Positions 25,072-35,700 of a stretch of 64,000 bases of DNA are shown piece by piece; position 1 is the stretch's first letter, and the number at the start of each line of letters is the position of its first letter. The stretch is taken from sequence record NC_048046.1. The stretch is one strand, 5' to 3'. The translations under genes were made by a program, and so were the position numbers. The notes under the pieces were generated by a model. The model ran no database searches. It was not told the origin of the DNA and saw only the letters and a list, made by a program, of their open reading frames with translations.

Positions 25072-25445
25072 TTGCGGCGCTTCTTCGTCTTGACCGGTGC
25101 CTGAGTGACCGTTTTGTTCGTGAACGTCTGCTTGACGCATGGCTCACCGTTCTCGTCAGGTAGGACGATTATGAACTTGGTGTAGGTGCTGTGCTGGCCC
25201 GTCTTGAAGTCCTCGGCTTCCCGCATCGTCATCGACGGCATCGGCTGACCTTTGACGAGGTAACCGTCCAGGGCGCCGGGAGGGCGATCCCAAGACATCG
25301 GGATACCTTCCAGATAAGGACCCGTCGCCAGCGCCTTCAGCTTACCCGCGATTTCGTGAATCTTAGGGCTGTCGGGCGAGATCAGGTAGGCGTGCTGGAC
25401 CGTCTCCTCGACGATCATGAGGACGCTGCCGTTGGGGTAGCTCAT
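25068..25445 (-). CDS. hypothetical protein (125 aa)
   Basis: ATGA overlap at 25442-25445. Confidence 0.6.
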   Translation of the reverse strand: MSYPNGSVLMIVEETVQHAYLISPDSPKIHEIAGKLKALATGPYLEGIPMSWDRPPGALDGYLVKGQPMPSMTMREAEDFKTGQHSTYTKFIIVLPDENGEPCVKQTFTNKTVTQAPVKTKKRRK

Positions 25446-26083
25446 GCTGCCTTCTTCTCCGCGTGCTTGTCCCACAGGCTGCCGTGGTATCGGATATTCG
25501 ACTCGTAGTGGAACACCATGCGACGAGCATCCTTGGCTGCCTTACGCCCGCGCACGGTATCCTTCTGTCGCTCAGCCTCGGCGGTGTACTGCGCGATCTT
25601 GGCTTCATCGTAGGCGCGCTCTGCCGCCTTCTGCCCACGGGTGACCGCCCGGAATTTCTGGTAAAACCAGACCGCGCCTGGGCCGTCATCGTACATCCAA
25701 CTCGGGGCTCCGAAGATGTTGATGAACAGAGGCGCCTTCTCGTTCTTCCGTAGGATCACGCGTCCCCAGCCGCTGGGCGCGGTATGGGGGAAAGTATCCT
25801 TCTTGGGATCGAAATACTCGACCTCCCAGGTGTGGTTGTCGTCCAGCACGTTGATCTCGCGCTCGGGCCGGAACGGATGCCACAACTCGCGCACTAGCCG
25901 ATAGACCGTCTGGGCCGGGTCCTCGCCCGGCACCAGATCATGCGTCGTGATGCCGTAATGATGGTCGCACTCGATCCCGAGCACTTCGGCCGCGTCCTCA
26001 GGTCCCAGGCCTCCGGCCGAGATCGGAATGCTGTAGGCGAGGTAGTCGACGCCGAAGCGCAGCGGGATATAAGAGTGCGCCAT
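25442..26083 (-). CDS. hypothetical protein (213 aa)
   Basis: ORF with AGGAG RBS, coding-like composition. Confidence 0.65.
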   Translation of the reverse strand: MAHSYIPLRFGVDYLAYSIPISAGGLGPEDAAEVLGIECDHHYGITTHDLVPGEDPAQTVYRLVRELWHPFRPEREINVLDDNHTWEVEYFDPKKDTFPHTAPSGWGRVILRKNEKAPLFINIFGAPSWMYDDGPGAVWFYQKFRAVTRGQKAAERAYDEAKIAQYTAEAERQKDTVRGRKAAKDARRMVFHYESNIRYHGSLWDKHAEKKAA

Positions 26084-26092
26084 CGCAATCTC

Positions 26093-26797
26093 CTACAGCG
26101 TGCGAGACGGCAGGACGCGGCCAGGGCCACCCGGAGGACGACGATAGGTCGGAGGCTCAGCCGGCGCAGGCGTGGCTGTCGTCACCGTGGCCGGCGCAGC
26201 AGCAGCCTGCGGAATGATCTTCAGCGCCTTCGGCTTCGGCGCCATCAGGCTCTTGAACCACGCCAGGAAGCCGGCGTACCAGGGCGTGTACAGGCGCAGG
26301 CGGCCATGCGGGAAGCGCGAGGCTCCGGGCAGTTCGCCGAAGAAGTTGCCGCGCGAACCTCGCTTAGGCTGGATCGCGAAGTAGACGCAGCCGTTAGCGA
26401 ACGTCCACTTTTCGACAGCGATGCCACGATAGCCCGACACATGGTCATAGACGTAGTCGCCGATATTGATCGTGACGGTGTCGTCTTCCTCCGGCAGCTT
26501 GTCGGAGTAGCCGACGCCGATCTGCTCCAGCAGGTGATAGTCGATGAAGTGGGCGTCCATCACCTTCTCGGCGTCGCCCTTGGCGGGACGCGGCTGGATG
26601 GCGTACTGGATGTTGCCGCTCATGAATTCGAGGCGCGCCGACGCGAAGCCCTTGAGCGCCGACATCGGATCGCGGATTTCGATCCCCAGCCGGGTCTTCT
26701 CCGTGACCGGGATGGGAGTGAACACCGGCTTCGCGGTGGTCTTGCGCTTCGCCGTCGAGCGGCGGGGCGTCGGCTTCTTCAACACGATATCGGTCAT
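26093..26797 (-). CDS. hypothetical protein with two tandem related beta-rich domains
   Basis: LGIEIRDPMSALKG...YAIQP and IGDYVYDHVSGYRG...FAIQP repeats. Confidence 0.65.
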   Translation of the reverse strand: MTDIVLKKPTPRRSTAKRKTTAKPVFTPIPVTEKTRLGIEIRDPMSALKGFASARLEFMSGNIQYAIQPRPAKGDAEKVMDAHFIDYHLLEQIGVGYSDKLPEEDDTVTINIGDYVYDHVSGYRGIAVEKWTFANGCVYFAIQPKRGSRGNFFGELPGASRFPHGRLRLYTPWYAGFLAWFKSLMAPKPKALKIIPQAAAAPATVTTATPAPAEPPTYRRPPGGPGRVLPSRTL

Positions 26798-27213
26798 TGC
26801 TTCGGTTCCTTGTCGAACATGTCCGCCGTCCGGAGGAGCGCGGAAATCTTGTCCTGGAGGTAGTTCCAGGTCTCGGGCGATCGGGTGCGCAGTTCGGCGC
26901 GTTCAGTGCCGAGGCCGGCGGCCGGGATGATGACGATGCCGCCCTGCTTCACCTTATCGAACAGGGGCTTCATGTCCTGGTCGATGATGCGGTTCTGCGC
27001 GTCGACGGCCGCCGGGTCGTTCGCGAAGAACGCATCCTCGGACATCGACGGAAGGTACTTGGTGGCGACGCCGATCCCGTTGGGCTCGTTCCGCATCTCG
27101 GCCGCTTGTCCGCCGTCACCATGGCGAGCCACGTTGTCGCCAAAGACGTACAGGACGTCCGCGTTGCGCCGTAGATCGCGTCGAACGATGTGATGCTGGA
27201 ACAGAACCGGCAT
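26794..27213 (-). CDS. macrodomain-like protein (FGDN...GGQA family)
   Basis: LYVFGDN, GDGGQAAEMR, NGIGVATK, IPAAGLGT. Confidence 0.5.
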   Translation of the reverse strand: MPVLFQHHIVRRDLRRNADVLYVFGDNVARHGDGGQAAEMRNEPNGIGVATKYLPSMSEDAFFANDPAAVDAQNRIIDQDMKPLFDKVKQGGIVIIPAAGLGTERAELRTRSPETWNYLQDKISALLRTADMFDKEPKQ

Positions 27214-28514
27214 TACTTGTCCTCGTCGGCCTTGGCGTTGAAGTGGGTGTGATAGGCGTCGCGGAGCGCACGGTCATAGGCCGTCACGAAAGGATGCTCC
27301 GGCCCACCTTCACCTTCGCCGGCCGTACGCTCGCAGTAGTTCACGAGGCTGTCGCGTTGCGTGTCTTCCGAGGTGTCAGTGTTGTCGTAGTCGGGGTAGT
27401 CGGCCTTGGCCCGGCTGATCCCGGTTTCCTTACCGACCGCGATCGCGCGCTCCAGCGTCCAGACGATGCTGTTGTAGCCCTCGCGGTAGCCGTCCTCGTA
27501 TCCTTCCTGGTACCACTCGCGTTCGTGCAGTTCGATCGCGTCTTCCGGGAACTTGAAGTCGTTCTGCCAGTCCGCGTCGTAGCCCAGGTTGGCATCCTTG
27601 GCGCCGTCGGTCTTGCCGTCCTCCAGGCCACGGGCGCCCCACCATTCGGAATCGTGGGTTTCGCGTTCTTCGGCCAGAGCCTCTTCGACACGATCGACGA
27701 TCTCGTCAGCAGGCTCCGCGACCGGACGATACCGATTGTCGACGATGTCCTTGAAGTGGTTCTTGGCGTCCTCTTCCGGAATCTCGCCGGCAACGAAGAG
27801 TTCGCAGCAGCGCAGCTTCTGGTCGTCGTGATCTGCCGGGATCGCAGTGACGTGCTCAGGATCAACGCGGATGATGAGCACGCGACCGCGCTGAGGGTAC
27901 CAGAACTTCAGGTACTCGAACGAACAGACATGCAGTCCGCGCGAACAGGTCTTGTGACGGTTCGGATCGCAGTCCTCGCGCCGCATGTTTGGCGACGTGC
28001 CCGGCAGGTACTGAACCTTGCCGTGCTCGCCCGAGTTGTACGACCAGTATTCGTCGTCGACCTTCTTGAAGCCGTAGAGGTAACCGTCCTCATCGAGCGG
28101 CAGGTTCCCCTTCTCCATGAAACGGTAGAGGTCTTCGGCGACCGACGGGTCGGGGTTGCGCGACAGACGTTCGATGAAGTTGGCGAGCGACACGAAGCTC
28201 ATGCCCTGCTCGATCAGCTTGCTGATACGCCCGGTGAGGCCGTAGTCGATCAGCTTGCCGTCCAGGCGTAGACGATCGGTCTCATCGACCGTGACGCGTC
28301 CGTGGCTGAGCTTGGCGACCCATTGGACTGCATCGGCGATTTCGCTGATCGCCTCGATGTCGTGGACCGGAGCGCGCAGCAGTTCCTCCAACTGCCGGCC
28401 ACGTTCGGACGAGAGCAGGAAAGACCGCCAGCGCTGGTTCACCAGCACGCCCACGCGGGCGTTGGGTCGGCCTCGGCCGCTGATCATGTAGGGCAGCTTG
28501 TCGGTCATGGTCAT
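27213..28514 (-). CDS. rIIB: rIIB-like protein
   Basis: LYRFMEKGNLPLDEDG, GFKKV, CDPNRHKTCSRGLHVC; directly downstream of rIIA. Confidence 0.88.
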   Translation of the reverse strand: MTMTDKLPYMISGRGRPNARVGVLVNQRWRSFLLSSERGRQLEELLRAPVHDIEAISEIADAVQWVAKLSHGRVTVDETDRLRLDGKLIDYGLTGRISKLIEQGMSFVSLANFIERLSRNPDPSVAEDLYRFMEKGNLPLDEDGYLYGFKKVDDEYWSYNSGEHGKVQYLPGTSPNMRREDCDPNRHKTCSRGLHVCSFEYLKFWYPQRGRVLIIRVDPEHVTAIPADHDDQKLRCCELFVAGEIPEEDAKNHFKDIVDNRYRPVAEPADEIVDRVEEALAEERETHDSEWWGARGLEDGKTDGAKDANLGYDADWQNDFKFPEDAIELHEREWYQEGYEDGYREGYNSIVWTLERAIAVGKETGISRAKADYPDYDNTDTSEDTQRDSLVNYCERTAGEGEGGPEHPFVTAYDRALRDAYHTHFNAKADEDK

Positions 28515-30679
28515 TAGGCCTTGGACTTGGACTTGGGCGGGAAGACATTCTGGAGGTGGATCAGCAGGCCGACGTACTTGTGCGCCTGAGCCGGATCGTC
28601 CTTGCAGTAGTGGAGATTGGAGATTACGCCCGATGCCGGGTTGGAATGGAAATCCCAATCGGAAATGATGGCGAGCGCCTTCTTCAGGGAGGCGGCAGCC
28701 TTCGGGCAGTCAGGGGTGACGACGCGATCGTTATTGTCGACCACCAGGGCGTCCAGCACCTTCTTCTCGTCATCCTTGATCGCCGAAAGATCGATGCCGA
28801 GGTAGCCCTTGGCGTATTTGGCGATCTTGGAGTAGACGCCCGTGCCCTTTTCGAGGCGCGCGTAATCCTCCGGCACGAGAAGCTGGAGGAACTTCACGTA
28901 CGCTTTCGCGGTGCTGGACTGGAAGATTTCGTGGGTATGGTACCAGAGGTCGAAGCCGCTACCCCGTTCCTTCAGGATCAGGTCGACGGCATCGCGTAGA
29001 TGCGGGACGCTGTTGTCGTCCATCTGATGCTGAGCTTGCGGCGCCGCGATGTAGAGGGCGTCGATACCGAACGATTTCGCGAGCTTGAACAACGGCCCCG
29101 CTTGCCGGCGATGCTGTGCGCTGCTGATCCAGGCGTACTTGCCTTCGTCCGCCTTGATCTCGAAGACCGGCTTCTGCTCGCCGGCCGCCTTGGCGAAGGC
29201 AAGTCCACGGATGGGCGGCTTGGACTTGTCCGCGACGGGAGACACGCGACGCGGCATCGCATCACGCAGTTCATCAAAAGTGACAAACTGCCAGCGATCG
29301 CCGAAGCAGGCCGCCCAGAACTCCGCGCTCTCCACGAAATTCATGATCAGCGTGACGGTGGTAAGCGAATTGCGATCCATGAACGAACGTACGAACCGAG
29401 CGATTCGACGCTGTTCGCTGAAAGACAGGCTCGACGATTTCGGATCGCGCGAGGCATCCAAGAAGGCCGACCCATTGTCGAGGATCAGGTACTTTTCAGC
29501 CTGTCGACCATTGGGACCGGATTCCAGATTGAAGGATTGGGGGACGGTGAAATCCCAGCGGCCGTCCTTCTGTCGGAAGCAGTCGACGAAATAGCGGTCG
29601 CCGGTCGCGGACATCACCGTCGACTTCATGCCCGTGATGGGATGCTCGTAGTTGCCGGTCACGAACGACGGCGTCAACTCCTTGGCCTTCGCAAAGAACT
29701 TCGTGACCGACTTGATGTCCTTGATGGCCTCCCAGACAGCCGTCGCCACCTCTTCACGAAGGCGTTCGATGCGGTTGTTGAGGTAGCCAACGACTTCCTC
29801 GCTGTACTCGATCGATTCGCGCGAGGGCGTGACCTTCACGGTGCCGATCGGACAGTCGATAATGAAGCGGCTCTTGGAGTCGTATCTCACCGTCGGCAGC
29901 GTGATCTTGTCGCGGGCGATCGGGTAGATCACGCACCCCTGCCGAGCGTACCACCCCGGCACCAGGGCGCATTCGTCCACGACGAACCAGTCGTCGCCGG
30001 CGTACTTAGGCTTCGGATTCTCACCGAGCTTGACGTTGGTCTCGAAGGCGCCGTTGTGGGCCAGCGCCACTTCGCGGATCGCCTTTTCGAAGGCATCGAA
30101 GTCGCGCGCCTCGACGGCGAAAGAGACACGAACACCGCGCGGTTCGTCGCACGCCTCTTCGCTCATGAGATAGAGCGTGGGGATGTCGTCTTCCGCCAGA
30201 CCATACCCGTAATGGCGGACGGTCTCACCGTCGTAGCAGGAGATCGTGTACTGATCGGTGTAGGCATAAGGCGCCTGGGCACCGTGCCCCCACATGCCGA
30301 CCTCGTCGTTCGACTTGTCCTTGTCGGATTCGCCCAGGACGATGTAGACCTCCTCCATGACTTGGTCGGTCATGCCGACGCCATAGTCACGAACGGCGAA
30401 CTCCGGTTGGAGCGCGGTCGGCGCCTGAACGTAGAAGGGCTTGGTGTTACCGGCGCGCAGGTGAGAGTCCCAGGCGTTCGAGGCGAGTTCGCGGACCGGC
30501 GCCTCGATCTTCTTCGAGTATTGCGCGTCGATGTGCATCTTGAAGGTCTTCGCCGACAATTTGATCGACGATTTGCGGGCCTTCATGATGCCGTGCGCTT
30601 GGAAGTCGTTCGGCTGGGTCTCGATGAGCATGGGCGGTTCGAACTCGAAGGGCTGGGTCTGATAGTTGCCGACTGGCAT
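28514..30679 (-). CDS. rIIA: rIIA-like protein with GHKL/HSP90-like ATPase domain
   Basis: YSKKIEAPVRELASNAWDSH, VRDYGVGM, SDKDKSNDEVG; paired with rIIB. Confidence 0.88.
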   Translation of the reverse strand: MPVGNYQTQPFEFEPPMLIETQPNDFQAHGIMKARKSSIKLSAKTFKMHIDAQYSKKIEAPVRELASNAWDSHLRAGNTKPFYVQAPTALQPEFAVRDYGVGMTDQVMEEVYIVLGESDKDKSNDEVGMWGHGAQAPYAYTDQYTISCYDGETVRHYGYGLAEDDIPTLYLMSEEACDEPRGVRVSFAVEARDFDAFEKAIREVALAHNGAFETNVKLGENPKPKYAGDDWFVVDECALVPGWYARQGCVIYPIARDKITLPTVRYDSKSRFIIDCPIGTVKVTPSRESIEYSEEVVGYLNNRIERLREEVATAVWEAIKDIKSVTKFFAKAKELTPSFVTGNYEHPITGMKSTVMSATGDRYFVDCFRQKDGRWDFTVPQSFNLESGPNGRQAEKYLILDNGSAFLDASRDPKSSSLSFSEQRRIARFVRSFMDRNSLTTVTLIMNFVESAEFWAACFGDRWQFVTFDELRDAMPRRVSPVADKSKPPIRGLAFAKAAGEQKPVFEIKADEGKYAWISSAQHRRQAGPLFKLAKSFGIDALYIAAPQAQHQMDDNSVPHLRDAVDLILKERGSGFDLWYHTHEIFQSSTAKAYVKFLQLLVPEDYARLEKGTGVYSKIAKYAKGYLGIDLSAIKDDEKKVLDALVVDNNDRVVTPDCPKAAASLKKALAIISDWDFHSNPASGVISNLHYCKDDPAQAHKYVGLLIHLQNVFPPKSKSKA

Positions 30680-30722
30680 ACGCCCCGCTCTGGCGGCTTG
30701 TCAACTCACGCCGTCATCACGC

Positions 30723-30770
30723 TGCCGGCTTTCTTGACGCTGACCCCATTCGATGTCAGGATTCCTGGCA
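30723..30770. promoter_or_regulatory. two 17-bp palindromes in the divergent rIIA intergenic region
   Basis: TGCCGGCTTTCTTGACG 30723-30739 and TGTCAGGATTCCTGGCA 30754-30770. Confidence 0.55.
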
Positions 30771-30948
30771 TGTTGGTGATGCGCAATATCACGGATGAGG
30801 CGACGGCCACCGTGACCAGCTTCTATGGATATGAGCCGATTCCGCTGCGTGGAGTGGAAGGCTGTCCGTGTCTGGAGCCCATCCCGACGAATGAACTGAT
30901 GACCATCCACGACCGTAACAACCAAATTGTCTGGTATGCGAGGAAGAA

Positions 30949-31386
30949 TTGTCCGATCCACGGAATCCTGATCACGGACCTACCCGAATCCCCTCCTACG
31001 GACACAAGTACGGACTCCTCCACGATCGCATCGTAGGCGACAAGGACCCGGACACTACCTTCCATAGCAAGATCAGCAACCACGCCAAGACCGAGTACAT
31101 CTGTCAGGCGCTTCGGTTGGACCCCCGCGCGTTCAACCTCGATCTGCCGTTCCCGCTGGAGGACTGGAATTCGAGCAGCGACATGTCGCTGATCAACTCC
31201 GGCCTCTACTTTACCGACATGCGCCGCCAGTTTTTCGAGACGCTCGTCGCTGAACATGCCGAGCACCGCCATGGCGATGCCTGGGTGAAGCAGGGCGAAG
31301 CCGAATACTGGTGTGTCGAGTTCAATCGCACGCTTCATAAGCGTCTCAGCGGCATCGTGATTGGTGACTCTCGGGTGCTGAATTGA
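30949..31386 (+). CDS. hypothetical protein (145 aa, TTG start)
   Basis: AGGA RBS, coupled to the next ORF. Confidence 0.55.
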   Translation: MSDPRNPDHGPTRIPSYGHKYGLLHDRIVGDKDPDTTFHSKISNHAKTEYICQALRLDPRAFNLDLPFPLEDWNSSSDMSLINSGLYFTDMRRQFFETLVAEHAEHRHGDAWVKQGEAEYWCVEFNRTLHKRLSGIVIGDSRVLN

Positions 31387-31757
31387 GCAAGTCCATCCCC
31401 ATCTATGACGGCGCGATCGAAGCCAATCACGTAGGATCGTTCGTCAAGATGGGCGAGGCCTTCCAGGTGATCCGCCCCGGCTACGACGCCCAGGGTAATG
31501 CACGAGCAGCGTGGACGCAGTTCGTTCATGACGGCATCCCGGTTTTCGAGGAGAAGGTGAAGGGGCCGCTGTCGGCCGCGACGCGATCCTTCGATCGTCA
31601 GTGGGCGCAGTTCATTGGCGACGACCGTGATCTGATGCTTCGCGCGCTGGAGGCCTGCAAGAAGGAACATCGGGCAAAGTTCCGGGACGGACGCTCTGGC
31701 GTGGAGCCGGCGCCGACCGTCCATGACACTCGCACCGGCACGAGTTATGTCGCCTAG
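31383..31757 (+). CDS. hypothetical protein (124 aa)
   Basis: TTGA overlap, GC3-rich codons. Confidence 0.6.
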   Translation: MSKSIPIYDGAIEANHVGSFVKMGEAFQVIRPGYDAQGNARAAWTQFVHDGIPVFEEKVKGPLSAATRSFDRQWAQFIGDDRDLMLRALEACKKEHRAKFRDGRSGVEPAPTVHDTRTGTSYVA

Positions 31758-31862
31758 GCGACAAGTTGACGTAGAGAGTTGACAGCCGGCACAAGCTGAG
31801 CAATAACCATTCTCGTGAACCAGCAGCCGTCCCCTCCGAACCGATAGCTGCTGGACTGTAGG

Positions 31863-31894
31863 AAGCCGGGGATCATCACGATCCCCGGCTTTTT
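31863..31894 (+). terminator. intrinsic terminator
   Basis: AAGCCGGGGATC-ATCAC-GATCCCCGGCTT followed by a T-run. Confidence 0.75.
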
Positions 31895-31972
31895 AGTTTT
31901 CTGGGCATCAGGAGTTGACAGACGTGACTCCTCGGAATATGTGACTCCTCGACGATAACGAAGGAGGCCCTG

Positions 31973-32635
31973 ATGGCTCAACGTTCCACTTCTCGCAAGC
32001 GCGCCAAGGTTCTCGACCGCGCGCAGTTCGACGCCCTTCTGCCGATCGTGCGTGCGTCCAAAACGCCGCTGCGCGATGAAGTCGCTCTGCGCCTCTCGTT
32101 CAGCGCCGGGCTGCGCGCCTGCGAAATCGCCAACCTGCGCTGGTACAACAACCTGCTGGGGCCGACCGGAAAGCTGCTGGAGAACATCCACATCACCGGC
32201 GACGTCGCCAAACGCTCGATCGAGCGCGTGATCCCGATCGAGCCCGAACTGGCGAAGCTGCTGCGTCGTCTTCGTCGGCAGCGCCCGGAAGACGAATACG
32301 TCTTCTTCGCGGTCCACAACTACCAGACCCCGATGGTAAAGGACCCCAAGAACCCCAAGAAGAAGGTCATCAACCCGACCTTCACCCTGGGTAAGGTCCA
32401 GCCGACGGCGGTGATCCAGTTCTTCCGCCGCCTGTATCGTCACGCGGGCTATGTGGGCTGCTCCAGCCACAGCGGTCGGCGCACGTTCACCACGGTCAAG
32501 GCCCGTCAGGTGGGTAAGCACGGCTGCTCGATCGAGGACGTTCGTGACCTCGTGGGCCACAAGCGCCTGGACACCACGGCCTCCTATATCGAGCCGTCGG
32601 ATAACCGCCGCGCGCTGATCTCGGCGGACTGGTAA
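31973..32635 (+). CDS. tyrosine recombinase (catalytic domain only, 220 aa)
   Basis: AGLRACEI (R), SHSGRR (H-x-x-R), VGH, TTASY (Y); AAGGAGG RBS. Confidence 0.9.
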   Translation: MAQRSTSRKRAKVLDRAQFDALLPIVRASKTPLRDEVALRLSFSAGLRACEIANLRWYNNLLGPTGKLLENIHITGDVAKRSIERVIPIEPELAKLLRRLRRQRPEDEYVFFAVHNYQTPMVKDPKNPKKKVINPTFTLGKVQPTAVIQFFRRLYRHAGYVGCSSHSGRRTFTTVKARQVGKHGCSIEDVRDLVGHKRLDTTASYIEPSDNRRALISADW

Positions 32636-32749
32636 GCTACGCCGGCGTCTCTGACAGGATGCCGGTTTAAGCTGCCAGTATTCTTGACATTCACGAATGG
32701 ATGGACGAGTGTGACGCCTCGTCCATCACCCCCGTCCCAACGTCCCCGT

Positions 32750-35700
32750 ATGACCGCTTTGCAAGATTTCCTCTCGGCGCTCTTCGCCGCGTGCCCTGAG
32801 TCTCCGGTACCGCTGACGGTGGGGGAGGACGTCTATGAAGCCTATTCCGCCGATGAAATCGCCGGTGTCGTCGGCGCGGCGGAAGAGGCCGGTGAAGCCC
32901 TCTATACCGCGCCCATTACGCAGGGCCTCGTCGCCTTCCTGCCGGCGGTGACCGAGAACGTCGCCGACCCCGATGAATGGCGTGACGCCACGATCCAACC
33001 TACAGCGGTGCTGTTCCGGGACGGGATCATGCTCTCGTTGTACGCGCTGGACGCGGCGGTCGACCTGGAAGCGACTCCTGAAGTTCAGAACCTGTTCGGT
33101 TGGATGGGCAGCGACCCCTCCGACCTTATCCCTATCCCCGATGCCAACGGCTGGTCCCTGGTCCACTGCGACCCCAACGTCTACCAGACGCTGGCGACCC
33201 TCCTGGACGCCTACGCTCCCGAAACGCCGGTCGCAGGCGCTGTGGGCGCCCCGGCGGAAGGTGCTCCTTGGGACGAAGATTTCGGCACGCTGAACGACGC
33301 GCACATCCTTGCGTATTACGATCCGTCGGACGCCTATTATGCGCAAGAGATGACGATCTCGATCGGCGGCAATCGCGAATCGAAGAAGTGGGTCCCGAAG
33401 ACGATGCCGATCGCGTCGTTCGTGGAACTCCTGTCGATGCACCGCGAAGACCCCAAGAAGGACGGCTTGGCCTTCGTCCTGGCCGAGATCGTCGGTGACC
33501 AGCGTCGGAAGCAGGCCGTGAAGACCTGCTATGGCGTCGGCCTCGATATCGACGTTGGCGTCTCGGGCGCGCAGATCGACGCCGCCTTGAAGGAAATGGG
33601 CTGCCTCGCCGTCCGCTACACCACCCACAGCCACAACAAGACGTCGACGTTCCTGAACAAGGACCGCGTGACGAAGTGGGCTGCCAAGAACGGTCAAGAA
33701 GAACTCGACGAGGAGAGCATCAAGCGCTTCCTCCGTGAGGAAGAGGATTGGGTCCCGGAACTGATCGAAACGGTAGCCTACCTCGGCGATGATCACCGCC
33801 CGGAAGGCTTGATGATTCAGCTTGAGCATGATCCGATGCCCAAGCACCGCGTCGTCGTGCCGCTCGCGACCCCTTACGAGGTCGCCAAGATCGCCAAGAC
33901 CCACGAAGAGGGCATGCGCAAGTGGAACGAGATTCCCAAGGCGCTGGCCCGTGCGCTGGGCGACCTGCCGCTCGATAAGGCTGCGCTGGACCCCTCGCGT
34001 CTGTTCTACTTCCCGCGCCATGCGCCCGGCCGCGCCCACGAGACGACGATCTTCGGCGGGCCGATGCTGGATTGGGCGACCCTGGACCTGGACGGGGCTC
34101 CGAAGGATGCCTTCGAAGCAGCGCTGGAAGCTGAGATCAGCGGGTCCAACAAGAGCGGTGGTGGTTCGCGCTCTACGACCAAGGAAGGTCGCGATCTCGG
34201 CCGCTGGTCGATCAAGCGCGCCCATGGTTTCCAGATCGTCGACGTAATCCGCGACTACGATCCGGACCGCATTCGCACCAATGGTGCGAACAAGATCGAC
34301 ATCGAGTGCCCCTTCGACGATCACCACTCCAACCCCGGTGATCCCGAAGACAAGGGCTGCTTCGCCGTCAACGCCGGCGACGGCCCCTCGGGCATCTTCA
34401 CGATCAAGTGCCAGCACGACTCGTGTCATGAGCGTACGAACCTCGACTTCCTCGGCAAGATGCTGAAGGACGGGTGGTTCGAGGACAGCGTTCTGGAAAG
34501 CGACATGTACAACGCCATCCTCGACGAGGATGACAAGAACATTCCGGAGGCGGCGATCAAGATCGCGGCCCAGGACGATGCGCGCGACGAGTATCAGGTC
34601 AAGATCAGCGCCCTGTCGCCGGAGTCGAGCGAAAGCGACATCGAGGACGCTCTACGTGCCCTGATGGAGGCTGACCTTGGGCCGCTGGCGCAGCAACGCG
34701 CAGAGTCCGAGATCAAGCAGAACCTGAAGATCAACCAGTCGACCCTGACCCGCATGTTGAAGACGATGCGGCGCGTGGTCGAGCGCGATCGCAACCAGTC
34801 CGGCGACTACCGCGATCCGAAGGGCCGTCTGGTGTTCTCGTTCCAAGGCGACTTCAACTTCGACGAAGCCGTCGATATGTGCTTCAAGGCGCTCCGCAAC
34901 ACCAATACCAAGGATGCCGAGCCGACCTTCTCTTGCGTTCAGGACAAGCCGGTCCGACTCAAGCGCAACCCGAAGTCTGGCCGGATCGCCTTTGAAGAAC
35001 TGCCCAATCAGGCTATGTGGTCGGAACTGAACACGCGCCTCACCTTCGTGAAGCGCGGCGACAACGGTGACGGAGCCCGTCAGGCGGTCCCGAAGGAAGT
35101 GGCGACCCACGTCTACGAGCAGGTCTACAACGAACTGCCGCAGTCGCCGGAAGTCATCTACACGCCGCTCTACACCAACGACGGCGCCTTGGTCCTGCAT
35201 CCGGGCTACTACGCCGACCTGAACATTCTGATGGCGAACACTCGCTTCGAGATCGACGTCCCCGTCAATCCGTCGGCGGAAGACGCTCTGGCGGCCGTGG
35301 ACTTCCTCAAGAACGAACTGCTGGTCGACTTCCCGTTCCTGGACTACGACACCCAGGGCAACGAACGCCGCGAGCCCTCAGAAGCCAACGCCCTGGCGAT
35401 GCTGCTGACCCCGTTCATGCGCCGCATGATCAACGGCTGCACGCCGGTCTTCTTCGTTGCCAAGCCGACGCCGGGTACCGGCGGTACGCTGCTGGGCAAG
35501 GTGCCGATGCTCATCTTCGACGGCGCCGAAGGTGCGCCGATGGGCTATACGCAGAACGAAGAGGAAATGCGCAAGTCGCTGCTGGCCGCGATCATCGAGA
35601 CTCGCTCACACCTCTTCTTCGACGACGTGCGCGAGTTCAACAACCGCGTCCTGCTGCAATCCATCACGGCTCAAGAGATCGGCGGCCGACTGCTGGGTTC

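Noticed and set aside
30770-31036. Possible extra ORF MLVMRNITDE... upstream of 30949
   Set aside because: Starts within the palindrome/promoter, has no RBS and overlaps the better-supported ORF by about 90 nt; left unannotated
31973-32635. Prophage boundary or integration module
   Set aside because: No host genes, att-like repeat, excisionase or CI/Cro pair nearby; phage genes continue on both sides
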